Positions 39,338 to 51,735 of a stretch of 64,000 bases of DNA are shown piece by piece (positions within the stretch are counted from its first letter, which is position 1; every line of letters starts with the position of its first letter). This DNA is from Squalus acanthias. Taxonomy: Eukaryota. Under the pieces are notes generated by a model. It was not told where the DNA came from. It saw nothing but the letters and a program-made list of their open reading frames with translations, and ran no database searches. Location of the stretch: assembly GCA_030390025.1 (NCBI GenBank), contig CM059432.1, positions 115,322,001-115,386,000 of the forward strand. Direction: 5' to 3'. Both the position numbers and the translations under genes were made by a program.

Positions 39338-41377
39338 CGATCTCTTAGTCTCTGCTCACACCTCCACCACCTGCAGCCTCACTACTCATAATAGTCCTCT
39401 GTCCCACTTCCCTTCAATCACTGGACCGCACTTCACTCCACCTCCTTCTCCTCATACACACGCACTCACTACTACTGCAACCCTCACTTCCCCACACCTC
39501 ACACACTGCATACCAACTGTTCAACCATGACAGGCACATTCTCTAAACACCTCACAAGAATGTCACTAACACACTCCTTTCCTTTTTGCAGGAGAACGTC
39601 GCACAACCTGTACCAGGAGGCTGCCACTGGAGGAGGCCGAGCTTGTCTGCACACCTTCCCCTTGTGGAAGAAAACGTGCTGGCTATCACGGGCAGGGAGA
39701 GACTCCAGACAGTGGTGAGTGGCAAGGTTTCTTCACACCTTATCCTCTTTTTCCTTTTTACCTCTATGTTACCCTACACACTCTGAATGACCAAATACAG
39801 ATGCTTTTAGCAGCCACTTCTTCCTCTGCTCTGCCTTCACACTAGAAGCTAACTCTTGTCCCTCTCATTCAGTTCATGCTGAAAATGTGGAGATACCTCA
39901 GCCACTTTAGGAAGAGGAGCCCAGCCTGCCTGAAGATGCAGCATCACTCAATCTGACCCTAGCAAGCACCAGCTCACTTGGTGAATCACCAGGCACAAGT
40001 GTGCAGGAGGTAGGCAGGCAGATCGGCATGCTCTGCTGCAGTGAACAGATTCTAACTTCAAGGGCCCAGGCTACCGAAGAAGGCTAATGGGCATCCACCA
40101 GAAAATGCTAGGTGCACTGGGAAGCCTGCCAGTGAGCTTGTGCACAATGTCGGTGAACATGGAGGAGTCCAGCTCTAACTTGTGTCCAGTATTCACGCAA
40201 AGCATGGACACCATTCTGTCCAACATGGGCCAAGTGGTCAGCTCCATGAACACGACAGTAGCACCTACCATGACGGAGCCTCTGCTGACATTCCAGCTCA
40301 CACTGCTACCATGGAAGCTCAGACAGCTGCCACCTTGGCTCTGGAGGCCATGTTGACAGGGGTTTCCAGAGCGTCACATCACACCTGCACTCTGTTTTCA
40401 CGCAAAGCCATAGGAATTCTGCGGTGCATTCCCAGGAGAGTAGCCTTGGCTCCACATGCTATCACATTGAGAGCATGCCTGCTCCTCCGCCAATGCCCTT
40501 GTTAGTCCCACAAGGCCAGCAGGGCCAAACTGCCCCAGCCCATGCCAAAATGCTGCAGTCTGCAGCTGGGCCCTCAAGACCCAGAGTTGCTTAAGATTGC
40601 CCACCATGGTCATCTGAAGTGTTCTCATTGGCCGTGGTAGGCAACCTCAAGCAGCTCTGGGCCTAGAGGGCTTGGCTGCAGACTGCAGCATCTCGGAGTG
40701 GGCCGGGGCAGTTTGGCCCTTCCACCTCCCCAGCAGCAGCCGCTGGGGAAACGCTGTGCAAGGGCACTAAGACAAGTAAATAAGCACAGAAGACAGGCAC
40801 TAAGGGCTTGCACAAGGGTGATTCATAATTATTTCTGTTAACTATTAGATACAGATGGAATTGAGTTGTTGGATAAATTTGTTTTTGTTCATGGATTTGT
40901 AGTGATGTGAAGGCACTTAAGGCTGGACTGAAGCAAGGCAGTCAGATGATGGTGGTAAGGATTCCGGGACTGTTGGTGTATTGGGGATGGGAAGGATGGT
41001 TCAGGTCAAGTGTCCTTGGATTAGCTGCTCTCAGAGCTATGGTAGCTCGGGGCACTGGTGGCCAATGCCTCCTCTTCTTCCTCCTGCTGCACTTCTTGCT
41101 GCCCAGGTGGTGGTAGGGGCCGGTCCCTCATGAAAGTTATGCAGCAGATGGCCACAAATCTGGATATCTGCTTAGGGCTGTACTGCAAAGCTCCTCCCGA
41201 ACAGTCCAGGCAGCAGAAGCGTTGCTTGAGCAGACTATTGGTCTGCTCCATGGCGTTTCTGGTGGCAGCATGGCTCCCGCTGTAGGCCAGCTTTGCAACT
41301 GTGCCGGGTTCCTGACAGGAGACGTGAGTCAAGTCTGTAGGGGATAGGCCTTGTCACCCAGTAGCCAAGCTGTGACC

Positions 41378-42278
41378 TAGAATCGTAGAATCATAGAATG
41401 GTTATAGCACAGAAGGAGGCCATTCTGCCTGTCGAGCCCGTGCCGGCTCTCTGCAAGAGCACTTCAGCTAGTCCCACTCCTCTGCCCTTTCCCCATAGCC
41501 CTGCAAATTTTTTTCCTTCAGGTACTTATCCAATTCCCTTTTGAAAACCACGATTGAATCTGCCTCCATCACCCTTTCAGGCAGTGCATTCCAGATCCTA
41601 ACCACTCACTGAGTAAAAAGGATTTTCCTCATGTCGCCTTTGGTTCTTCTGCCAATCACCTTAAATCTGTGTCCTCTGGTTCTCGTCCCTTCCACCAATG
41701 GGAACAGTTTCTCTCTATCTACTCTGTCTGGACCCATCATGATTTTGAACACCTCTTTCAAATCTCCTCTCAATCTTCTCTGCTCTAAGGAGAACAACCC
41801 CAGCTTCTCCAGTCTATCCGCATAACTGAAGTCCCTCATCCCTGAAACCATTCTTGTAAATTTTTTTTGCACCCTCTCTAAGGCCATCACATCCTTCCTA
41901 AAGTGCGGTGCCCAGAATTGGACACAATACTCCAATTGAGGCCAAACCAGTGTTTTATAAAGGTTCATCATAACTTCCTTGCTTTTGTACTCTATGCCTC
42001 TATTTATAAAGCCCAGGATCCCGTATGCTTTTTTAATCGCTTTCTCAACCTGCCCTGCCACCTTCAACGATTTGTGCACATATACCCCCAGGTCTCTCTG
42101 TTCATGCACCCCCTTTAGAATTGTATCCTTTCGTTTATATTGCCTCTCCTCGTTCTTCCTACCAAAATGTATCACTTCGCACTTTTCTGCGATAAATTTC
42201 ATCTGCCACGTGTCTGCCCATTCCACCAGCCTGTCTATGTCTTCTTGAAGTCTATCACTATCCTCCTCACTGTTCATT
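41378..42278 (-). mobile_element. CR1 LINE, 5'-truncated, inserted in the copy-4 transposase
   Basis: ORF 41606-42277 is a CR1 RT C-terminus, closely similar to 23651-24530. Confidence 0.95.
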
Positions 42279-44069
42279 ATACCGGACGGCCTTGTTGGAA
42301 TACAGGCAGCATAGAGGACTGACGCAAGATGAATGAGTCATGACTCCTGCTAGGAAATCGGGCACAGATCTATACACTGCCTCTGGCTATGGTCTCAAAC
42401 AAGCTGGATGTTAAGGGAGTGAAATCCCTTTCTATTCAGAAAGATGCCTACATGGCAACGGGGAGCACGCAAGCCATTGGGCATGCAGTCAATGGCACCT
42501 TGTACCCTGGGGAAGCCTGCAATGTGGGCGAAGCCTAGTGCTCCCTCGTCCTGCATTGCTCCATGGGAAAGAGAGGTAGATATTCCTCTTAACAGAGAAC
42601 CTTGGTGAACTCCCTGATACAACAGTGAACAGCAAACTCGGAAATGTCGCTGATGTTACCTGTTGCAGCCTGGAAGGAGCCAGTTGCATTAAACGTAAGG
42701 CCCACGGTGACCTTGATTGGAAGTGCTGTCCATGCCCTGGTTGGAGGCTCGAGTTGTGGCTGCAGCAGGTGACATAACTCAGAGACAGCCTCCTTTGAGA
42801 AGTGAAGGTGACTGAGACATTGCTCCACAGCGAAGTTCAGGTAGAATGCTCCCTGAAGACCCGCTGTGGAAATGGCCTCCTGCGCAGTTCCCTCCTCCTC
42901 CCTCCTCTCCCAGCTGCTCCAGCTCTCTCCTGTCTTCTTCGCTGCTCCCCCTCCTCCTCCAGCCCCAAAGGCAGCCCTACCAAGCCACCCATGACTGCAG
43001 TAAAACTGTTTTGAAAGCAAACAAAAGCAGTCCAGCAGCTACAAAAACTTCTTCTCTCAAGTCAGAATTCATAAAAGGCAGAAAATAGGTCAAAAAGCAT
43101 CCAGAGTTAGCCAGTTGCACAAAAGGAAAAACCAGCAACTAACCTGTATGTAGAGGTTGAGCCCTTTAAATAGCACTGCAGAAGGGTCCTTGCTGCCTGT
43201 TAATGTCACGAGTTGTTTATCATGTGGCAAGTCAGGCACTGCGGCAGCCCAATTTCAGAAAAGGACCCAACAACCAGCCTTATTTAAATATTTTAATGAG
43301 CGTTTTAAATACTTCTAGCATGCACGTTGTATGCCAATGGAGGAGTCCGATCCAACATGGCAGGCGGCACACTTCTGGCGCAGGACAGGACAGGTATCCG
43401 CACAGCGTCCGCCATATTGCATACTTAGGCCCCCATTTTACCTTTGTAAAAACGGGCACAGCACCAGTGGATTTCTGGGTCATAGGGTGCTGTAAAATGG
43501 CAACCAATGCAGGCTTCGCTCGGATTTTTCCGGGTCTGATTTAGAAATGGTCATAAAGATTTTTCCACATAATCCTGAGAAAATATGTACCCCTGTTAAT
43601 TCTAGTTTACATTATTTTCTTGTTGTAGGTTTGTCTGGCAGTCATTCTACAATTACACCGCCTCTTTCCTCCTGGATCCTTTCTTGATACTAACAAATCC
43701 CACATTAATTCCGATATCTTGCGTGATTGAACTCATATCATGTGCTGATTGGTCAATTGTTAACAGCTTGTTATGTCTAATGTCTATCCCTATAGCTTGG
43801 GTGCTTGATAAAACTTACTGGCGGTGTTCAACGCAGCTCCCTCTCACTGGACTCTGAACCAGTGTGGTCCTGGCTTTAGGGACTTGAATGAGATTGAAAG
43901 CAAAGAAAAGCAGAAAAAAGGGGAAACAGAGAATTTTTAAACTGTAAAAGCTCAATATTTCTATGTGCACTGTGGCATAAACATACCTTTTTGTATATAT
44001 CCAAATTTCACTTAATTGTGTATTGTTTGAATCAGCAGGTAACGGGTTAACTCCCGAGGCCACACATTT

Positions 44070-44424
44070 GGCCCTGATTTTAACTCCAGGTGGAGTCCCC
44101 GCTCAGGCCTGAGTTAAAATTACAGTTGGGTTTCAATTATGTCATCGGGCCACAACATGCCTGTGTAAAGAAGGACCCTGTTGGCTCCGGGCGCTTGTCC
44201 TTGCTGCCTGCTCAGGAGAGCAGGTTAAAATGGCAGATGTTGCGATCATGGCGGCTTTCAGATGGGTAAGAGCCAGGGCGATTTTAACTGCCCACCCGCC
44301 AGGTTTCTGCTGAGCGAGTAGGGCCAATATCGGCCCATATTTTGGATGGGTAAGCGCCAGGGCGAGTTTAACTGCCTGCCCGCCAGGTTTCTGCTGCGCG
44401 AGTAGGGCTAACATCACCCATATT
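44070..44424. repeat. MITE-like element with an ~84-bp tandem duplication (44261-44424)
   Basis: gatgggtaag..ccagggcga.tttaactgcc...cccgccaggtttctgctg..cgagtagggc occurs twice; left end GGCCCTGATTTTAAC. Confidence 0.55.
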
Positions 44425-44679
44425 TCTTGTCAGCATAAGGCCATCAGCTCAGAACAAACAAACTGTCTGGGAAAAACTCTCCAAGATAAAAGTTTTCTAG
44501 GGCCTACAAAATAGGTGTCTGAAGTGGTAACTGTTAAACTTGAATTGACTCTTAAACATCTTAGGCCATTGTCAACAAATACCTTCATTCAATATTGACG
44601 ACAGCTATTTGTTTTAATTAAACCGTGAGAGGTGTATCATTTACTGCCTTTGTTTCAGGATCTGTAGAGTTGTTCAAGG

Positions 44680-44948
44680 TCCCTCTGCCCTCTGGGGTGG
44701 ACATGGAAGATCCCATGGCACTATTTGAAGAAGAGCAGGGGAGTTCTCCCCAGTGTCCTGGCCAACATTTAGCCCTCGACCAACATCACCAAAAACAGAT
44801 GATCTGGTCATTTCTCTCATTGCTGTTTTGGGACCATGCTGTGGACAAATTGGCTGCCACGTTTCCTACAGTACGACAGTGACGACACTGCAAAGTCCTT
44901 CCTTGGCTGTAAAGTGCTTTGTGACGTCCTCAGATCGTTAAAGGCGCT
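44680..44948 (+). mobile_element. Deu-domain SINE, 5'-truncated
   Basis: agatcccatggcactatttgaagaagagcaggggag core. Confidence 0.8.
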
Positions 44949-45488
44949 TGGAGAGGATGCAGAGGAGATTTACTAAAATGGTACCAGGGATGAAGGAGTT
45001 CAGTTATGTGGAGAGATTGGAGAAGCTGGGGTTGTTCTCCTTAGAGCAGAGAAGGTTAAGAAGAGATTTAATAGAGGCATTAAAATCATGAAGGGTTTTG
45101 ATAGACTAAATAAGGAGAAACTGCTTCCAGTGGCAGAAGGGTCGGGAACCAAAGGGCACAGATTTAAGGTCATTGGTAAAAGAACCAGAGGGAAGATGAG
45201 GATTTTTTTTTTACACAGCGAGTTGTTGTGATCTGGAACGCACTGCCTGAACGGGTGGTGGAAGCAGGTTCAATAATATTCAATAATGCACTGCCTGAAC
45301 GGGTGGTGGAAGCAGGTTCAATAATATTCAAAAGAGAATTGGATAAACACTTGAAGGGGGAAAAATTTGCAGGGCTATTGGGAAACAGCAGGGAAGTGGG
45401 ACTAAATGGAGAGCTCTTTCAAAGAGCCGGCACAGGCACGATGGGCTGAATGCCTCCTTCTGTGCTATATCATTCTATGATTCTATGA
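44945..45488 (+). mobile_element. CR1 LINE 3' fragment with a 48-bp internal tandem duplication
   Basis: [26 protein letters not shown] twice, ttctatgattctatga tail. Confidence 0.9.
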
Positions 45489-46080
45489 CCATGTACAGCA
45501 GGCACCTCAAAGCACTGGAGAGGGACCACCAACGCTGCCTCCGCAAGATCCTGCAAATCCATTGGCAGGATAGGCGCACCAACGTCAGTGTTCTCGCTCA
45601 GGCCAACATCCCCAGCATCGAAGCTTTGACCACGCTCGATCAGCTCCGATGGACGGGCCACACCGTCTGCATGCCCGATATGAGACTCCCAAAACAAGCG
45701 CTCTACTTGGAGCTCCGACACGGCAAGAGAACCCCAGGTGGGCAGAGGAAACGCTTCAAGGACACCCTCAAAGCCTCCTTGAAAAAGTGCAACATCCCCA
45801 CCGACACCTGGGAATCCCTGGTCCAAGACCGCACAAAGTGGAGGAAGGCGCCGAACACCTCGAGTCTCTTCGCCGGGAGCAAGTGGAAGCCAAGCGCAAG
45901 CAGCGCAAGGAGCGCACATCAACCCAAGCACCCCACCCACCCGCCCTTTCAAACACCATCTGCCCCACCTGTGACAGAGACTGTAGGTCCCGCATTGGAC
46001 TCATCAGTCACCTGAGAACTCATTTTTAGTGTGGAAGCAAGTCATCCTCGGTTCCGAGGGACTGCCTAAGAAGAAGAAGA
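45489..46080 (+). mobile_element. RTE-clade LINE, 5'-truncated
   Basis: HQRCLRKILQIHWQD, LRWTGH, RLPKQAL, GGQRKRFKDTLK; C-terminal C2H2 CPTC...HLRTH; (AAG)n tail. Confidence 0.92.
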
Positions 46081-46342
46081 ATGATTATTTCTGAATTTTT
46101 TTTTTCTCCAAATCTTAATTGCAGCTCATTGGCTAGCCTCCAGATACAAGTCAGGGTCGACACTTTCATGTCACTTCCAACGTCAGATGCAAAAATGCCA
46201 TCTTTGAACTGTCTAACTGCATGAAAAAACAACACTTAGTGCCTCCTAGGCCACAGATGCTTGTCGTTCTTCCTGCCACTTGGACAAAGTAGATGGGTGA
46301 AACTGCAACTATACTCTAAATCCATTTCAAGTAATTTTAAAT

Positions 46343-46442
46343 AAAAACAGAAAATGCTGGAAATACTCAGCAGGTCAGGCAGTATCTGTAGAGAGAGAAA
46401 CAGAGTTAACGTTTCAGGTCGATGACCCTTCGTCAGAACTTT
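46343..46442 (-). mobile_element. About 100-bp Penelope-type terminal fragment with a 12-bp TSD
   Basis: Flanked by gtaattttaaat at 46331-46342 and 46443-46454; contains a hammerhead core. Confidence 0.7.
46404..46440 (-). ncRNA. Minimal type I hammerhead ribozyme motif (second family)
   Basis: Minus strand reads AGUU-CUGACGA-A-GGGUC-AUC-GACCU-GAAA-CG-UU-AACU. Confidence 0.72.
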
Positions 46443-46914
46443 GTAATTTTAAATTGGGAACTTACAATGAAAAGTGCAATTCCCATACACCTTCTTACAG
46501 CAGTACAGCCAAGAGCAAACAAAATATATGTTTGCCATATAAAAAAGTTTGCCCGGAGAGGCTGGAGAAGAGAAAATCCAACAAAGCAGCAGCTCTTAAA
46601 GGGCTGCTGTTAAAAGGGAAGTGGTGGTAGTGGTGGCAGAAAAGTTGACTAATTGTTCAACAGAGACATGTGGGCAACATTGTTACTTTTGATTCTGAAG
46701 CATTGGAGTTCCTGCTGCTGGAGATGAACTAAAGGAGGAGGATCCTATTTGGGTCTGCAAACTGCCCTTCAATAAAATCACAGCTGCAAGCTACATGAAG
46801 GGAGGTCACTGACTAAGTTAATGCAGCTACCTCTTTCCCTTGTGCTTGGCTCCAAATGAGGAAGACGGCACTTGCTGCTATTGGGGGGATGACAATGGTA
46901 ACGGTTGTTGCGGC

Positions 46915-47385
46915 TGTACCCTGGGTGGATGCAGGCACACCAACACTCGAAGCTCGACAACATCCAGGACAGAGCAATTTGCTTGATCAGTGCCTGTGCC
47001 ACCAGACTCGATATTCACCTCTTCCACCACCTGCGCACCATGGCTGCAATATGTAATAATTACAGGATGCACTGCAGCAACTCACCAAAGTTATTTCAAC
47101 AGCATCTCCCTTCCCTGCGACCTCTACCACTGAGAAGGACAACAGTAGCAATGACATGGGAACACCATCACCTCCAAGTTCCCCTCCAAGTTATCAACAT
47201 CCTGACTGAGGCGTATATCGCTGTATCTTCATTGTCGTTGAGTCAATATCCTGGAATTCCCTACCTAACACCAGTATGCGGGCACCACTGTCACAGGGGC
47301 TGCGGTGATTCAAGCTGAAAGCCCACCACCACCATCGCGGAGCAACAATGGTTGGGCAGTAAATGCAGCCTAGCCTGGCCAAGGT
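46915..47385 (+). mobile_element. Degraded L2/Crack-like LINE 3' fragment
   Basis: KLDNIQDRAICLI...RMHCSNSPKL, homologous to ORF 29539-29823. Confidence 0.75.
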
Positions 47386-48141
47386 GCTCCATGGGTTTTG
47401 GTCAGTTCCTCAGTAGGGCCAATAGCCATGGATTCAGAGGACAGACCCATTTCCCTAACAACCATCCACGCAGTGTTTCTTCTCCTTCAAATAATGCAGA
47501 CACCATGGAATGCTGCACAATGAGGGCATCATGGCTGCTTCCTGAATAACAGCCACTGACATACACAATCTACTCAGATACCACCCGAAGTAATTGTGTG
47601 GAAAAACCTTTCTGTTCATGAAGGTCATAGTGTTGATATGAAGAGACCTGATGCCCACATGGGTACCATCTTCAACGCGTTGCCCTCAGGAGAGCCCTGC
47701 CACCCAGTGAAAGCTGGGCATCTTATGCAGCTGATCTTCGTTTCCACAATAAAAGGTCATGAAGACGTTACTCTTTGCAAACATAGGGGGAGAAACTGGG
47801 TATCGCCCATTTTGGGGTGCTAATATCGGCCAGGCGCAAAGTTTAGCACCCGGCGCTAATTATCGCCTCCGACTGCAAAATTCGCCTCTATCACCCCTGG
47901 AGGTGATTTGTGCGGTAAATCAAGCGCTACACACCTCTCTTAAGGCACTAACATCAGGGAGCGAGGCGCAAGCTCAAAACGCTACCGGAACTCAGGCGGT
48001 CAATTAGCATGGGACCCAGACAGGCTGGCGCCGGCTAGTTCTTAAAGAGAAGGGTCCATCTTGCTAGCCAGCCACACCCTTCTCATTGCAGTGTTGACCC
48101 TGGTGCTGGAAAGACCTACCACCATTGTGCTGAGAGGAGTG

Positions 48142-50279
48142 ATGGATAGGCCCAGGGAGAGAGCTCGTCGCTTTAGCGACCAGGTCTTGATGGCTCTGGT
48201 TGATGCTGTCGAGCGGCAACGGGCAGTGCTGTACCCAGAGCCCCGGGAGTACCGAAGAGTGTGGAGAGAGGTGGCTCAGCACGTCTCCTCGAGGAGCATG
48301 GTGCCGAGGAGTCACACTCAGTGTAGGAAGAGGTTCAACGACCTCACTCGGGTGGTCAGGGTGAGTGGCTGCTTTTCACTACCTCTACATCCCTCCATCT
48401 CAACTTCACTCTGCGCCCAGAGGGTTTAAAAACCCAAATGCCCAGCACTCATCCAAGACCTATGGCCATCTCATAAACGACACATGCACATTCTACACCT
48501 TGCACACATTAAGGGCTTTTCAACTATGGGAGGCACATCAGGCAAACACAAGGCTGCACACATTAAGGGCTTTTCAACTATGGGAGGCACATCAGGCAAA
48601 CACAAGGCTGCAGACATGAAGGGCTATTCAATTATGGGAGGCGCATCAGGCAAACACAAGGCTGCAGACATGAAGGGCTATTCAACTATGGGAGGCACAT
48701 CAGGCAAACACAAGGCTGCAGACATGAAGGGCTATTCAATTATGGGAGGCACATCAGGCAAACATATGGCTGCAAACATTAAGGGCTATTCAACTATGGG
48801 AGGTAGATCATGCAAACACATGGCTGCACAGTCACTCAGATGCTGTCCTTTTTCTTGCAGGCCAAGCTCTCTCATAACAGGTGGGAGCAGCAACGCATGG
48901 GAGGAGGACCGGCTGACTTACACCCCCTGACCGATTTGGAGGCGAGAGTGCACAGGATCATTGCCAGCCAGGTCATAGGTGCCATGTCCGCTGGAGAGGT
49001 CGACCCCCTTGGGGACAGCAATGGTATTGTTCATCAGCTTTCTCTCCTCTCTCATACCACTTGCCCCTCACAACACCAGCCTTTTACACTTTCAATCCAA
49101 CTAACTGTCTCCAGTCCTTGCTCCCTTTCTTCCTCGCTGCCCTCATGCTAAAGCCACTCTTGTACCTTCCTGCTTTCAGATAGTGAACTACCAGCTGACC
49201 AGCCTGTCCCTCAACCTGCCAGTGGCAGCGACGCCCCAGACGAGGAGGAAGAGGAAGCCGGAGCCTCACCGCCTGTGTCTCCAGAGGGTGACACTTCCGA
49301 TACTGGGGCCACGCCTTCCCTGGAGGGGAGCAGGGGGTTCGGGTCTGATGAGGGAGAAGCTCCTGGACCCAGCGGGCTGCAGCAACACCACGGGGGTAGG
49401 GAAGCCTAGGGGCCATCTCCCTGGAGGGTGAGTAGGCACGCAAGTTCTGCTGCACAGGACTCGGATGAGGACCTCGACATCGCGGCCATGAATACCCAGG
49501 CCTTGAGCATGCATACGGAGCTCATGGGTGCAATGGCAAGAGTGCTCGAAAGCATGGATGGACTGGCTAGGAGCATGGAGGAGTCCGCCGCCAGCACAGC
49601 TGCCATCTGTGTGCAAACCCTTGAACTCATCCTTGCCTCGTTGCAGAGGATGGTGGAATTGCAGGGAGACCATGGTGAACCAGAGCCCATGCCGCGTGTA
49701 ATAGGTGAGGTAGCAGGATCCATTGCAGCACAGGCTGACGCAACGCAATGGCTTAGTGCTGCAATTCAGTCATTGGCTGGTGCCATGTAGTCTCAGATTG
49801 ATGTCACGCAAGCACTGACTGCTGCGATCCTCGCTGGGTCGGCCACATTGCCCCGGGGCTCTCACGGTGCCACAGCTGGCCAGCAATCCGTGCTCGAGCA
49901 GATTGCTCCGGATGCTGAGGTACTGCCCCGTGGGAGTGCCAGTGTGTCGGTCGAGCAGGAAGGTGCTGTCCTCTCTCAGGATGACAGCATTCCTGCTCCC
50001 ACCACTGTCACTTCCCCATTGCACTTGGCACGGCCTGCAACACAGCCAGCCCAGCATGCTGCCGCCCATGCAGAGTTGGTGCAGTCTGCAGCCGGGCCCT
50101 CCAGGCCCAGAGCTGGTCGAGGGCGTCCTTCAAGGCCATCTCCAGTCTCTGGATCCAACATTCAGAAGCCTTCCGCCAGCCTTACTGCAACCATTGGGGC
50201 CCCATTACGGAGCAGCAGCAGGGTGGGAAGGGGGGAAGTGCGCAGGGGATGGAGATCACCCTCGAAGGCCCAACAGTAG
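48142..50279 (+). pseudogene. Harbinger Myb/SANT-like gene, exons 48142-48360, 48861-49023, 49180-50279 (about 490 aa; two in-frame TAG stops)
   Basis: RFSDQVLMALVDAV...VWREVA...QCRKRFNDL; phase-0 and phase-1 introns with canonical sites; exon-3 ORF pieces all in one frame. Confidence 0.9.
48502..48828 (+). repeat. 54-bp minisatellite x6 in intron 1 of the copy-5 Myb gene
   Basis: gca(c/g)acat(t/g)aagggct(t/a)ttcaa(c/t)tatgggaggcacatcaggcaaacacaaggct at 48502, 48556, 48610, 48664, 48718 and 48772. Confidence 0.95.
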
Positions 50280-50586
50280 GATGTGTAAATAAATGGGGGG
50301 AATGTTTGTGGGAAAGTTCAAGGTTCTTGTTATTATATTTGTTTAGTGTTTTGCCGTTTATGTCCATGTTGTGAGAACGAGTTTTGTTAGTTCATGAATT
50401 GTTGGGTTTGTTTCTACTTGTTTGTCCTGAATAAATGACAGCGTTTGTAATATAAATACATTTTTTTATTCTAACTTTACATATTTGGTCATTTGACTCA
50501 GTGCAGCTTTGCCCGGTAATAGCGGGGTGCGGGGTGCTTTCCATGATGTGCTTCTTCATCCCAAAAGTCATCTTCTCTGTAAGGGC

Positions 50587-51735
50587 TTAGATTCGGTGTC
50601 TTATGAGCCGTTCACAGACGGCCCTTGCAGTGGCAACATTGTGCGCCTCCCTCCCACATTGGTGCTGCTGATCCTCCTCCTCGCCCTCTTCCTCCTCCTC
50701 CTCCTCAGGTGGTGCACCAATCCCTGGTGGCAATGGCTGGGTCCTCATAATCGCAATGTTATGCAGCATGCAGCACACAACAATGAAGTGGGAGACTCGC
50801 TCAGGAGGAGCCCTGCAGTACTCTCCTGAGCGGTCAAGACACCGGAACCGTTGTTTCAAGACGCCGATCGTGTGCTCAATGAGGTTCCTGGTGGCACTAT
50901 GGCTCTCATTGTACCACAGCTCAGCAGGGGTGTTGGGGTTACGGAGCGGTGTCATCAGCCAGGTGCAGAGTAGATAACCCTTGTCCCCGAGGAGCCATCC
51001 ACTTGGGTGACGCGGTGCTTGGAAAAGGTCTGGCACAGCAGTCTGGCACAGGATGAAAGCATCGTGGCTGCTGCCAGGATAGCGGGCATTGACAGCGAGT
51101 ATGAGCTGTTTGTGGTCACAGACCAACTGGATACTTAGAGTGGACGCCCTTGCGGTTTCGGAAAACCTCTTCATTTTCATGCGGTGCTCGCAATGCCACA
51201 TGCGTGCAATCAATGGCGCCCTGCACCATTGGGAAGCCTGCTATCCTCACAAAGCCATAGACGCGTTCGCGCTGTTTGTCCCGGGTCATCGGGAAATAGA
51301 TGTACTGGTGTCTCCTCTTATACAGAGCATTTGTCACCTCCCGGATACAACAATGGAGAGTGAACTGCGAGATATTCGTTATGTCCCGAGTAGAAGCCTG
51401 GAAGGAGCCGCTGGCATAGAAATTCAGAGCCACTGTCACCTTCACTGCCACCAACAGAGACGTCCTGGTCCTGAGCTCTGGCTACAGATCTGGTTGCAGG
51501 ATGTGGCAGAGCTCAGTGACCACCTCCTTGCTGAAGCGCAGCCTGCGCAAACACTGCTCCTCAGACAAATGGATATTGGAGAATTGCTCCCTGAATACCC
51601 TCGGAGGGTAAGGTCTCCTGTGCAGAGGCCTGTTGGCCCTCCGACTCTGGCCATGTTTGCCACTCTCTCTCTGCGCCTCTGCTGCCTCCGATTCTGCAGG
51701 TGCAGGACGACGCCCCGAGTTAGTGCAGCCTCCAT
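50587..51735 (-). pseudogene. Harbinger DDE transposase (one stop, about two frameshifts)
   Basis: RRPYPPRVFREQFS, GAIDCTH, ARYPGSSHDAFIL, LLGDKGY, IEHTIGVLKQRFRCL, CCMLHN and a poly-E tail. Confidence 0.93.

Larger units (their letters stand above)
37300..43536. mobile_element. PIF/Harbinger copy 4, degraded, carrying nested SINE, Harbinger and CR1 insertions
   Basis: Myb exon 1 at 37472-37828, acceptor at ~39591, exon-3 remnant at 40087-40356; transposase remnants at 41021-41370 and 42290-42992 (-); left end is uncertain. Confidence 0.75.

Noticed and set aside
48484..48930. 148-aa ORF of 18-aa repeats (HIKGFSTMGGTSGKHKAA) as a novel repeat protein
   Set aside because: It is a 54-bp minisatellite inside a canonical intron; a unit length divisible by 3 explains the open frame
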